The notes under the pieces: generated by a model
Seen by the model: the letters and a program-made list of their open reading frames with translations, nothing else
Told to the model about the DNA's origin: nothing
The model's database searches: none
NCBI GenBank assembly: GCA_010093605.1
Contig: MU004189.1
Location: 875,834 to 939,833, forward strand
Origin: Lophium mytilinum
Taxonomy: Eukaryota
DNA length: 64,000 nt
Direction: 5' to 3'
Program-made: the position numbers and the translations under genes
In this document: positions 50,809 through 63,792 of the stretch, piece after piece
Position numbering within the stretch: the stretch's first letter is position 1
Layout: each line of letters opens with the position of its first letter

Positions 50809-53800
50809 ATGGAAGCCGGAGATCCAGACGCTGCGCTGCAAAAGCGCCCTCGTCTGGGCTCACTCACTCCCCATCACCACGGCGGCCCGCTGTATCATTC
50901 TGCTGGTCTCCCTCCGCCGCACCACCCCCAAAGGCCTCACCCTCTGTCTCAGGCGCCCTCGCCGCCAAATCACTATCCACCGCACAGCCTGCCGCCCCCC
51001 ACGCCCTCCTACCTGCCGCCGCATCCCGCAACCTCTTTCGACGCATCCCGCGCTCTTCCAACGCCCTCACCCCTCACCCAGCGGCCCAACCATGGTCCTC
51101 CCGTGAGCCTCCCCCCGCGGTCGTACTCCCAGGACTCAGCATACCAGGCCCGCCCTCCCGGGACACCCACCCAGCTTGCGCCCGCAGACCCGCATCGCCG
51201 CTCCATTGCCAGCAGTGAAGGCCATCATCCTCCTACCCCAATGGATCATGGACCTCAACCGCATCAACCCATGTGGCAGCCAATGCCATATGGCCACCAC
51301 CCGAACGGCATGCCTCCTGGTGGGATGCCTCCCAACGGCTTGCCCGCCGGCTTGCCGAATGGCAACACCATTACCAGCCCGCAGGAACAGTATGCCCCGC
51401 AACCCATGTCTTCTAACCAAATATATCCGCCCGGCGATGTCGGACAGTACAACCAGTCTGCCTCATATGGCCCCTCCAGTTCCCAATATGGTGCCATGAA
51501 ACGGAAACAAGTCCGGGCTACTCAGGTACGCGCTTTGGACGACGTTGCTCTATTATAACCTCTAACACAGTAGTAGGCGTGTAACAACTGTCGCGCACGG
51601 AAACAGAAATGTGACGAGCAGAGACCGTGTTCGTTCTGCAAAGACAATGCGTACGAGTGCGCGTATAAAGATGTGCCGGTCCCAAAGTAGGTCTCTCGCT
51701 ACCCCTCTTTAAATCTAGTAAGTGAACTAATGCGCCAAAGACAAGACCGCACCATGCGGGAAGTTCTCGATGTCATGACACGCCTTGCTGACAAGGTTGA
51801 TAACCTGGATCGAGAGATGAAGAGACGGTTACCCAAGCAGGAGCCCAGTAGCAGTGCCGTCTCGCCCGAGTATAACTCTCCCGTACATCCGCTGGATCCA
51901 GTGAACAATTACGGGCGCACTATTGCAACTCGGGCTCCTTCAGAAATGACCAGTCCAGCCAGCACACCAGCAATGCCTGGTCCGTCCCATGATCCGATGA
52001 GACACAACTCTGCCATCGGAGGCCCCATCAAGATGGAAAGTGCAGTCGACAGAACGCCGCAAGTAGTCGCATTTAGGGGAGACCCGTCCCCTGCCACCAT
52101 GGAAGAGTCGGCTCCCGGATTGGAAGATGCATTGCCAGCGGACCACACGACGCCGGCTCACAAGCTGCTCGATGTTTGGCCATCGATGCAACCCTTCTAC
52201 GAGCACACAGGCGTCGAAAAGTCGAATACCAACTACCCATTGGAACTCGAAGAGAGACGCGGCTTGCTACGAATTTACGGGAAAGGCCAAGGGACTGATC
52301 TTAACGACGGTGCCCAAGCGCCGTCGAGCCCTGCTAACAGCAGTAATGGGGAGGTGCAAGACTCGTCGCCGTCCCCTCGCGAAGGCCTATGGGGAACAGG
52401 GTTTACGGTTGGGTCTCCGCCAGATTATCGCCAATCAATCGGCCCGTCTACCCCAGGAGGGGGAGTCACATCCGACTGGAGTAGCAGAAGTAACATAGGC
52501 GGCCAAAACCCGGATGGATTATTAAAACTGGACGTTGAGACGGTACGCAGCCTGCACAAAAGCTACCTACAGAATATGGACATTCTACATCCGTTCCTGG
52601 ACAAGAGGCGGCTGGCCAAGATGGTGGATAATTTCATGCATTGGTATAGCCCCGACGTCAAAACCTCCTATTCTCCTGTATACGGTGGTGTACCTAGTCA
52701 CGTTGCGCCGAATGAGCGTTTCGCTGGCCAGAAGAGGAAACGGTCAAGCAACCATGGCGACCCAGAAACCGGAGCCTATAACTCAAACAGACGGCCTCCT
52801 CCTGAGCGCTCGATCGGCAACGCCATTGTGCTCTTGGTGCTTGCCCTGGGGAAAGTTTGCGAGCACAGGAAAGTGTTGCCAGGGCCCACAGGCGAGATCC
52901 CGAGTCCTGTCGACACAATGCGATCACCAGGAGGCATGAATGTGACAATGGGCGGGAGCCCGCATTCGGATAGGTTTCATTATGCTCAGAGAACTCATCC
53001 ATCCCAGGACAGCAATGCGAGTAACATCGACATTCTACCAGGACTAGCCTATTACGCATATGCAACGGACATCCTAGGAAACCTCCATGGCGGGAACGAA
53101 GTAGCTCACGCACAAGCCTTCCTCCTTGCTGGATTGTATATGGGCCAGTACGTTCGAGTGTTGGAAAGCTGGAGCTGGATTAACACGGCGTGTCGGGTGT
53201 GCCTGATCTTAGTGAAGAAGGATGAGAAGAACCTCGGGCTGCATCCTGAGCCCAAGCTGAACAGCATTGATGCCTACAAGCTGAATCTGCTCAAGTGCGT
53301 GTATTGGACGTGCCTACAATTAGAAAGGTGAGCGAGTAAAGATTCCAACTTTTGAATGGGGCATAGCTAAGACGCGAAACAGTGATATTTTAGCTGAACT
53401 GAGTACCCTGCCACCAAGCGGTATATCACGATACCAGGCGGTCGTTAGTCATCCCACGGGCGTCTACGAAGAGATGCCCATGGAGATCGGAGAGGACGAG
53501 AACTTGACGTGGTACTACTACTCTGCTCAGATTCATTTGCGTAAGATTTTGAACGACGCACATAAGCAGCTCTATACAGTCCACAGTAAGCTGAAGTACT
53601 GCCCCCGTGAAATCTATGTTACTGATTCGTTTGTAGAACCAGCCGAAGAAGCAAAGCGAGATGTGAGATGGGCTGGCCATGTCCCAAACACACTCGAGAT
53701 ACAACTCCAACAATGGAGAGAAGTCCTACCGCCACAGCTGCAGTGGAACGACAATGATCCGCCCGCTACCGACATAAATAACGCTCGAATGCGCGCCAAG

Positions 53801-54444
53801 TACTACGGCGCGAGGTACATTGTCGCACGGCCGTTCTTGTACATTGGTGTCCACAAGATGGATCTTCCCCCTTTGGCCTGCGACTCATCACAGATTGGTT
53901 CACCCTCAACTCCTGCTACGCCAGACCAAGTACAGGCACAGAGGAACATGCTAGTGGAGTTCAACGCCGAGCAATTGCGACTGATCGAGGTCTCGAAACG
54001 GTGTGTTGAGGCTGCTATACAGAGTACTGTTGCATTTGATCGAGTAGGGGTCGATCCGTCGATCCCGTGGAGGCTTGGTGACAGCGACCACATTCCCGAG
54101 CGGTTCATTGTTACTAACATCTTTGGTACTGCGCATGCGTAAGTTTTTCGTAGCACGCCTCGCGTTCGTCCGACTCGGTTCTAACTCCTCGTAGGCAATT
54201 TGGAAATGTGTTGGTCCTTGCAGCTGTCTACAAATCCCGCCTTCGGACGGCAGTAGGACTTAGTAAAAGCACCGTGGACGCTCTGCTACTAAGAACGATC
54301 AAGGTCCTACGACGTCTGGCACCTAACTCTCCACCACTGAAGATCGACGCTCAGATTCTGGAGAACACTCATAAGTTCGTCAACGGCGAGAAGCGAGACG
54401 ATTCAATGTCAAGTGTCAGCTTTACGGGATCCGTAAATACGTAG
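50809..54444 (+). CDS. Zn2Cys6 transcription factor with fungal TF middle domain; exons 50809-51525, 51577-51686, 51741-53327, 53383-53585, 53637-54138, 54195-54444
   Basis: RATQ|ACNNCRARKQKCDEQRPCSFCKDNAYEC Zn cluster, plus YWTCLQLESDILAEL and ARMRAKYYGA. From memory it resembles the McrA/VAD-3 group; this is unverified. Confidence 0.93.
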
Positions 54445-55918
54445 CTGGCACCTCTTCTCGATATCCACCAACTGCTTGCGCCGCCACTAAGAGCAATGTT
54501 TGACTCGATTCGATCGTCGCCCAGTTGCGCTCAAATACGCCGGCTTCTAAGTCGATCTATATCAGGATCTTCAACGATCTACCAACACTCTACCAACTCC
54601 AATTTGCATACACCACGTTTTTCAGGATCTATCCTATCGCATTTGTCGTTCCATATATACCCAATCCGTAAACGGAAGCATACTACGGGGGCGGCTATCT
54701 GTTATCGAGCGCTGCATATTGCCAGCTTTTGCATCGCATCTTCACCCTTTTCCCACTGCTGCGTTCCTTGAACGCCCATCGTTCCGCCTTTCTCCCGTCC
54801 TTGGCCGCGCCACCCTCATTAGGCGCAAACGAGAAAATTGAACCGCCTTACAAGCCAGCAACCTCTACCTTTTCGTTTTTTTTCTCTTTTTTAGTCGAAT
54901 CTCGTTAACGGGCGTCGGCCCTTGCATCTCGGGATTGGTACTTCCAGAAACTTTGAATCAACATTTGGTGGCTAGCGCTCGTATATTCAACAGCATTTTT
55001 ACCGGAGTTGCTTGTGGCTTTTTTGAGCCTTTTCTTTTCCAAGCTACCCGCTCTCGTAAGAAGGATGGGTATCGCGATTATGCAGGCGTACTGCGCGGTG
55101 GGTACGACCGTCCTGGGTCTGGGGGTCTCGGGTTGTGGAACTCCCTCTTACGGGACCCTTCTGTCTTCCTAAAGCTGGGTTGGCGCTTTGTGGATCTCAC
55201 ACCTCCTTGGTGCATCAAATCACCTCTAGAGAATGTGGACTGCGCCTCCCGCTCCGCAGCGATCGATTCTGCGAAATCGTCCCTGTCTTCGGTATTTCCT
55301 GCGTCGGACCCGGTGGACGGTTTGGCTTGGTGGCTCTGCGGATCCGCCTGGCGACTGTTATGTTATTCTACGCGATCTTTCTGGTTCTGACGGCTATACA
55401 TTTACATTTAACGAATTGCTCCACTCGGGTCGATGCTTGGGGAGAAGAGGGGTAGAGACTGGCGGGGTTTTGTAATTCGGAGATATGAGCACGGGAGAGG
55501 AGGGGTTGTGTGCCACATGATATCATGCCGGCAGTTTTGAGCGAGAGGGGAGAGTCTGGGGAGTAGTGGGGTAGCTGTGCTGTAGAATTGATGATGAAAG
55601 ATGAGGTTCTATCTAGTTGTTGCTTCTGTGCATTGGGTGTGTGGTGATGTTTGAATGACTGTCCCTGGGAGTAAAAATTGAATGGGTGTCAGGCCTAATA
55701 ACTTCGCGTAGATAGGATAAGAGGGCTTAGTGGAATGCTCATTTTTTAGGTCTAAGAATTAGCCGTCATAGCTTTCAAGCGTCTTGCACAGAAATTTTGT
55801 AGTTAAGAAGGCGTTGACCTAAAGGTTAAGATGAAAATAAGGGTGATACTACAACACCATCGTTTCAATAATAAACCTTCCCCTCATTCCTTTCGAGAAG
55901 TCTAAGATATAAAGTAGT

Positions 55919-56160
55919 CCTGGCGTGTAAAATATGCCAGGCTCGCAACGCACATCCAGCAATGTTCATCCAGCAACGCACATCCAGCAACGCACATCCA
56001 GCAACGCACATTCAGTAATGTCTATCACTATCGTCACTGAACCTGGCATATAAGAATGCCAGGTTCACACGCATCCGGCAACGCTCATCCAGCAACATAG
56101 ATCCGATCCTGGCATGTTTGCATGCCAGGATAGTAACGTGCATCCGGCACCACACTAGGG
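55919..56160. repeat. Three CCTGGC..GCCAGG palindromes interleaved with a 14-bp minisatellite; probable transposon relic
   Basis: Palindromes at 55919-55941, 56038-56067 and 56106-56131. GCAACGCACATCCA-type repeats at 55945-55998 and about 56069-56097. Upstream flank 55680-55918 is AT-rich. Confidence 0.75.
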
Positions 56161-56364
56161 GGATAACGACATGTGACTACTCCATTCTACCATTCATTTG
56201 ATTCGCTTTTTAAACAGACAGAAAGGCACAAAGCTCCCCATCCACCGAATTCAGCAACCAGCCATTCGCATCACTCGTTCGCCTCGTGGTCGAGACAGGT
56301 CTTAGACACTAATTACCACGTGTCTGCAGCAACAACACGGCCATCATGCCCCCCCACCCAACAC

Positions 56365-59300
56365 TCAACCAACAAGCCTCAGCCCACTAGCCGGCGCTCC
56401 AATCTGACACACCTCACAAACACTGCACACAGTCCCCTTATACTTTGCCTGATACTTGACCGCGCAGAACGGACACGCCGCGCTGGGACTGCCGCCATAA
56501 ATCGGCGTATAGCTCTTCGCGCAGACCTCAAAGTCAGCAAACGTGTCAAAATCGATCTCGGTAGCATCCGACGGGTTGCGCTCGCAGACGGTCTTGGTCT
56601 TGCGGGCCGTTTCCTTGAACTTGGCGTTGGCGGGGCGGTCGATGAGGCCGTTGGCGAACGACAGCGCCGACGAGTGCTGCTTGTTCTTGTTGGCGAAGTT
56701 CATGGCGGTGAAGAGCGTGATGGCTTTGTGCTGGGGCTCGAGCTCGGGCACGGTGAAGTAGGCCGAGAGCTCGAGCGCGCGCTTCTTGATGTCTTCCGGG
56801 AAGGCGGAGAGGTCGGTGGGGGACGAGGCGATGAGGGCGCGGCGTTGCAGCTCGATGGACATGGCGAGGATGTATTGGGCGGCGGTTGTGATGGTCTTCT
56901 TGGCCTAGGAAAGTTTGTTAGTAAGTGTAGATTTAGATCGTGCGGTTGGTTGTACGTACTTCACTGAGTTCGGACTGAGATGACACCGCATTGACCATAA
57001 GGAGTAGGAGAAGTTTCTTGAAGATCTTTACGCCATCTTCAAGCTTGTTCTTGACCATAGCAGACTTTCCACCTTGGAATTCGCCGGTCGTGATGGATTC
57101 GAGGTCGCGAGGGATGACTGGGAGAAGTTTCCTCGAGTCGGTCTCGTCAACTGTCCTGCGGACGTAATTGACCAACGACGGAAGGCCTGGATTTGCGGGG
57201 AGGAAAGTCCGTGATGCTTGGTAGATTTCTTCGAAGCGGGCTTGTAATGGCTGGAAGTTGACAGCGCCAACCTGCCGGTTTAGCAGCTGCATTGCGGTTT
57301 CGAACGAGCCAGCAGCGATATGGTCAGCGGCAATAGGTGAGTTGCGAGCCCACATATCAGCTTCGCTGCTGCCAGCTCCCGCATCAGCACCCTCGACGTT
57401 GACGAAGTCGCCTTCGTCCTCAACGTCGACGTCGTCGCCCATATCCCAGCCGCCAACGTCTTCGTCTTCTTCTCCGTCGTCCAGCTGGCCGATAGCACTG
57501 ACCTCTGGTTCCAGAAGATCGTCGTCGCCATGGCCGTTCATGGCTGGCACCTCATCTTCAACGCCTTCTGACTGGCCCATCAATGCTTTCTCAAAGATGG
57601 ACGAGGATGTGCCTCGAACAGGCCAGTTGGACTTGAACGTGGGAACGATTGGCCGCACCGGCGTTAACGGCTTACCCAGAGTCGGAGCACTGATTTGGTC
57701 TTCAGTAAGCCCGCTAGCTTCTAGAATCGATTGGGCTTGCTCTTCTAGGCCATGAGACTTGGCGGTCATATATGCCAGTGGGTAAAGGTCAATCTCCTGG
57801 AACATATCAATCCGGTTTTGCACGTCCCCTAGATAGAGCGCATTCTGGAATCGTGCCGTCATGTCACCACGGTGCTCGGCAATCTTAGCCATTCGTTTTA
57901 GCTTCTCTTGATCGCCGGTAGCAAGATACAAGAATGAGAGCTTGTCGAAATTCCGGAGCTTCTGGTAGGTCATCTCGACGACTTGGTGGTTTCCGTGAGC
58001 AAGAGCCTCGGTACTCAAGCGCTGCCACAGTTGTGGTCGATCAAGCTGCTTGGCCATCTCAACCGCGACATCCAGGTTGCCACATTCTATGGCAAGTTCA
58101 AAGCGGGTCTGCGGATCCTGGACGAACTGTAAAGCAATTTCGGGATACCCTTTCTTCTGGAGATACGAGATGATACTCTGACCAACTAGACTGGATGTCT
58201 TGATGATGTTCAGCATCTCGTCGTAGTTTCGTTTAACTAGGGCGAGCTTGAATCGATATTCGGTGGGGTCAATCTGAAGAACCTTGGGTTTCGCCGCACG
58301 GTCCAGGCAATATACATTCCGGCCCTTCACGCGAACTAGGTACACTGTAGTATCGAGTGTTCGTACGATGCCGTTGTCGCCGTTCATGAGGGTGTACTTG
58401 ATGTGATTCAGAGTGGAATAAAGGAGTATTCCAGCATCATCCCATGTGGCACTCTTGATTCGAATGGTCTCGTGGAGGGTGCTGACTTGCTCCAGGGTTT
58501 TGGTCACAATGGTGACGTTGTGTTTGCTTAGGAGAGCGGCGTGCAGACCATCTGAAGACCAGACAACGTACTTGACGCCGTTTACAGCCAACTCGGCAAT
58601 GTTAGTCTTCCGCTGGATATCATACAACACGACAGATGTGGCTGTGACAAGTAGCAGACATCCTGTGCCGCCGAAGTAGATGTCTGTTGTGCCATGTGGA
58701 GGCTTGATCGTCTTCGTTGTCGAGTTTGACAGGTCCTTAATGTCAATCTGCTGGTTGGACTGAGTGAACACTGCGAATCGATTCCTCGCGACAAATACGG
58801 CCGAGTTTCCAGTTCCGCGTTTTGTGTCCGTTGGCTCCACAGCTCCCGTAGCATCTCTAGGCAAAGTGATAAGCTCATAGCATCCACCGTCCGCGGGAGA
58901 AGTGACCAGAACGGCTCGCTCAGCAGGGTTATAGGATAAAGTTCGAGGAGGGACCCATGGACTTCCAAGTTTCTTCAATGACAGCATTGATGGAGACTCG
59001 AGATTCTTCGTAAAGTCGTATGAGCGAACATGCTTTTCTTTAGTGATGTAAAACAGATTGTTCTGGTAGACCGAGGAGGCTGGTCGCTCGCGTTCCAGCT
59101 TGAAGACCATGACACCATTGTCGTGACCAGCGGCAAAAAGGTTTATCTCCGGGTGAGCTGCAATGACCCAGAAGCGGTCGTTCTCTCGCTTGAAAGATTG
59201 GACGGATGTCCGCTTATTCAAGTCCCAGACGCGGATCGTCTTGTCCTCGCCAACAGATAATATCAGATCCTGGTGGGGGTGGAACAAGCATGCGGAGGCA

Positions 59301-60571
59301 TTCTGGAAATGTCCTCGGCACGTATCGACTTCCCAGGCCTTAGTTTCTGACATTCTCCAAAGCTTGACGAGACGGTCGTCGCCAGCCGATACGATAAGGG
59401 GTAGCGTAGGGTGGAACGCAACCCAGTTGACACCGCGATCGTGTCCTTCGAGAACGAATTTCACCACAGCGTCCGTGTTGCCAAACATATCAGCCTGATT
59501 GGCGTTTGCTCGAGCCATCTGGTCCTCAAAGGACACAGATGTCGGCGCAGAGTGCTTCTTCCGCAGGCCTGATATATCCCACACTCGGACGGATTGATCT
59601 AGAGAGGCGGAAACTATGAGGTCGTCTTTCGGATGGAACTGGGCACACATTGTGTAGTGGTTGTGGCCGGTCATGGTGCAAACTGTAGCAAGTTAGACAC
59701 TACGTCAATTGGGTTGGATGCCGAGGGTAGGACTCACTCAGTGACCTGTTCTGCCAGTTCCAGATTCTAATTGTCTGTATAGCCCTGTTAGGGGAGTCAA
59801 GGTCGAAGTGGTGTGCATTCTTACTTGGTCGTCTGAACTGCTGACAATCCAAGGGAGATCATGGTGAAAGAATACAGTCCGAACGTAGTCAAGATGTCCG
59901 TTCAAGGTGAAGAGACCTAATGTGTGATCAGCACTCCGCGACCTCTATTTTCAGGATTGGGTTGAGCGAACAGCGCCTGAGAGAATATTAGCCAGGAACA
60001 TGGATCAAAAAGGGTATATGAATATTACTAACCGTGAAACATAGCTCCAAACTTTGATCTGATAGTATATACATGTTAGCTATAGCTTACATCCATGCTC
60101 GACGGGGAGGAATTGGTGGGATCATATCCTAATCCGTCGCGAATTTAGGCTAGAGAATCGAACATGAGTGATTTCGCACCTTGTAGTCGTCGCCGCCCGA
60201 AACAAATCTGTCCCAAATTAACATCTTGCCCCATATTACGGTCTTGCCTAGTACGCTCACAATGGCTGTGTCTTGTGGAAGTCGATGCCCCGAACTGGGC
60301 CGTCATGCTCTTCAAAGCGGTCTATCAGTGTCCCCATACGATAGTCCCATAGCTGAATGGTCGAAGAGTGTAGCGACACAAGAATCCATGGCCTGCGCGG
60401 CGGTCAGCGGAGGAGGAGGGGCAGTGGTGGATTTGAGGACAAACCTCTTGGGGTGGAAGGCAATGCCCTTTGCTCGGGAGGATTTCGACTCGAACTACAG
60501 TTCAATTAGCGGTGTCATATTGAACGAGGTGGGGGCCTGCTTGCCTTGGTCAACATGGACGGTGAAGACAT
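56365..60571 (-). CDS. COP1: Coatomer subunit alpha (alpha-COP); many short 5' exons and one 3' intron near 56.9 kb
   Basis: [58 protein letters not shown]40 repeats, [12 protein letters not shown] and the C-terminal CPFC...CSVC motif. Confidence 0.97.
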
Positions 60572-61844
60572 GGTGGAATTGAGGGGGAAGCCGCAGCTTC
60601 AAGCACGCAGGAGGACACCCTCAGCGTCGCGTCCAGGCAAAGGTGTGATTGTCGAGAAGACAGGAGGTCGAAGGAGAGGTGAGCGGCGGTATACAGGCGT
60701 GAGGGTGGTTGCGTAGCGTCCTAGTTGGCCATTCGCATTTCTCGAAGTGGCCCTGGTGGCCTCTGTCGAAATGCCAAGATATAGGGGCTGGGTAAAATGG
60801 CGGCACACTAACTCGTAAGACGTTAGGCTGATGTATCTCTTAGGTAAGCGAAATCCGCTCACGTGACCCCAAATAAACTCAACGTCAAGGCACAAACAGC
60901 ACAAACAACACAACCACAAAACTGCAATGCTAGTCTGCTGCGCGCAAAGAGCCGCATTCTCTTCCACGCGGCGCCCCGTAATAATCAACTGCCCGTGATC
61001 CGCTGAGGTAAGCTCCCTGCGGCTTCGGCTTGCCTGGACGGGACAGCCTCGACTTGAACCTTGATGCCAGCACCAACCCCGCGCTTCCGTCACCAATGGC
61101 CTCGCGCAGATGTGCTCGTGAGCGCCGCCAGCATGCCAGCGTGCAGCATTATGACTGCAATGATAGACGTGGCAGCCATTGGCCTGCTCTGGCTTGCATG
61201 CTGAAATTGCGAGAGGCTGCAGAGACTGCTAGCGACCTCCTGTGCCGCTAATTGCTGGCCGACACATATCATGAGGGCTATCGGAAATGTCGACAAGGAA
61301 GCTCCTGTCCAGATTGACCCGCACCATCGCGGCCAGCTCACTCTTGAAACGCACCTGAAATATCTGGCCTCGCGCACCATCCTGGAAGCAAGGGATCGTG
61401 AGCTCTGCTGGCCCCTCTCCTTCGTCTTTTCTTCACACTGCGCCCCCCCATTCGGCCACCACTCGCCTGTCTGCCTCGGACTGACCACCGCTCACTGGCT
61501 CCTTAGGTCTGCTCTGACCTGCAATTCCTGCATTGCTGCCTATAGCACACTGGATTTCAGCCCGTACGATAAGCCAAGCGCACTGCAGGGAATCTCTTGC
61601 AAAAGAGCCCGCCCATCCGCCCTGCGAACGTCGCTCACACATCTCCGTCAAACACGCCCAACATCCCAGAAAATGATATTGCTCACGAAAACTATACTCC
61701 ACAAACCAAGACTAGAGCCCCTCCGCCGCATTTTAATACCTTGAAGTCGCTGCGTCGCATCGATACGATACCAACCCCGCCGTTCAACTTTGGCGCGTCA
61801 GCCAGATTTTCGTAAACCTCCGACATCACCGCTTTTGCCCCACG

Positions 61845-62759
61845 ATGGAGGGGCACCACAAACCTCCCCCTTTGTCCGTTCGTAACGGCCAGCCATCCTC
61901 GCCGCCGGCCACGCCGGGCTCACGCTCGCACTCACGCTTCCCATCGACCGCGAGCCATACTTCGCCCATTTACAAGCGAATGGGCCTATCTGTGCTTGCG
62001 CAGTCACCCCCGCTGGAATTTATAGAGCCCATCGGACATGGGCCGCAGTTCCACTTTACTCGTCCCCAGTCGAGGAACATCTCGTCGCACCCTTCCAGCG
62101 CCTCCGGTCGCGCATGTGCTACTAGCCCTCAAGACTCGGACGACGATGAGGACTCGGACGAAGCCGAGTCCGACCAGCAAGAGCAAAAGCCTCCCCGCAA
62201 GGTCGAATATGCAGACTTCGTACTAGAAGAGCTGGAGGAGAGCGACCCGGGTTATGATAGCGAAACTGAAGTAGTGCGGCCGGATCAATTCGAGGACGCG
62301 AAAAGTGATGAAGGATTGAACGAACGTTTGGACACCGACACAGGGATAGTTAGCGGCTTCTCGAAGCTGAAGTGCGAAGGGGATTCAAACGACGAAGAGG
62401 AACAGAGACGTAGCTACAGGAAGAAGAAAAAGCGTTGGAGTGCCGGAATCTTCAAGCGCAGCCATAGTCAAAGTGTCGGGAGCGATTCGGATATCGAGGA
62501 CACCGAGGCTCTTGACGCCCACGATGTTGGTTCCAGCGCCCGCCGGCTGCGCCGCAGGGTCCGTGGACCTATTGATAACCGGTCGTCTTTGATCTTCGAG
62601 GATATTCCTAACACGAACATTCTCGAGGTCGAAGAGCCCGAAGAGGGTGGCATTCCTAAAGGGCCACCCTCAATCCCGTCAGATGACGGATTCACTCTCG
62701 ACGAACTTCCATTTTGGGTCTTGGAAGATCCCATGGATGTGGATTTGGAATCTTCCTAG
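61845..62759 (+). CDS. Acidic low-complexity hypothetical protein with NLS-like YRKKKKRW
   Basis: 304-aa single-exon ATG ORF with coding-like composition. No domain recognised. Confidence 0.75.
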   Translation: MEGHHKPPPLSVRNGQPSSPPATPGSRSHSRFPSTASHTSPIYKRMGLSVLAQSPPLEFIEPIGHGPQFHFTRPQSRNISSHPSSASGRACATSPQDSDDDEDSDEAESDQQEQKPPRKVEYADFVLEELEESDPGYDSETEVVRPDQFEDAKSDEGLNERLDTDTGIVSGFSKLKCEGDSNDEEEQRRSYRKKKKRWSAGIFKRSHSQSVGSDSDIEDTEALDAHDVGSSARRLRRRVRGPIDNRSSLIFEDIPNTNILEVEEPEEGGIPKGPPSIPSDDGFTLDELPFWVLEDPMDVDLESS

Positions 62760-63792
62760 GGCTGTGGCTTGCTTCCGGTGCTGGCGCCATGATCCTTCCC
62801 TGTTTACGCCACGTTGACGCCAGCATCCAATTACCTGCATTTCTTTGAAGCGTTTGCATTTTCTTAGGCTTGGTTTCTGCATTTCTCAGCGAGTCGTCAG
62901 CGTCTAGATCTCTGTCATTTATCATCAGTTGTTTTTCCTTCTTAGATGTTGTTGACGCCGACCGTCTCGCCGTCTCGGAAGAGAGTAATCCGAAATCAAT
63001 TTTCCTATTTATATATAGTGCTGACATTCTATATGCCAAGACCTGAGCTTTATTCTGACCTCTGGGCAATACCGTCTAGCTTCACTGCCAGGCTTGGCGT
63101 CGCAGTAAGTGGCAGTACACGACTCCATGCGCCCACAACACGTACTGAAAATTCCCATCCTCAGAACCCGAACTGTCGTATCATGGCGTTATTAGGTTTT
63201 TCGACGCTGTTTGAGATCATTCGGTACATCTTCAAATTTTATAGTTTTGCTAGCGTGACAACTCCCAGGGCTACACCAAACGGCGCTTTCGTTAGACTGC
63301 GATTTGATGTGCCCGCGATAGTAGTTATCTAGCTGTTATAATTAACGTCTTGCGACTACAAAGCTACTAACGGCCGAGAATTCAGTGATCCAGACCCCAC
63401 GATTTGTAAATAAGGCAGTAAATTTAGACTCTGGGCAGTATGTTGAAACATGAAACAATGCGGGCTCAGCAAACCCGGAAGCCGGGTACAATACAGTAAT
63501 AGCCTGATTGCCTAATTCTTATTCTACACAGGGTCCATGGACATCCGCTCTGTGCATTACGAAGATACCCCACTCTCTCCGCAAAGTCTATTTCCGTTGG
63601 ATGATGGCGACAGCTGATAGTGCCTACAGATCATATAAAGCGCCATGCAATGACCTCAAGTAGTCCATCACCTTCACTTCATCAGTACTCGACTACACTT
63701 GCGGCTTTCTCTCCTACCTTATCCCTTTCTCTTTCTTCCCTTTGTCTTCATTTCTTTTCTTAGGATTTCCTTTTAGCAATTCCAAGATCATA

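Noticed and set aside
39229..54444. DUF3176, P450 and Zn2Cys6 genes as a secondary-metabolite cluster
   Set aside because: No PKS, NRPS, terpene cyclase or other backbone enzyme and no transporter. The TF looks like a conserved global regulator and is flanked by housekeeping genes.
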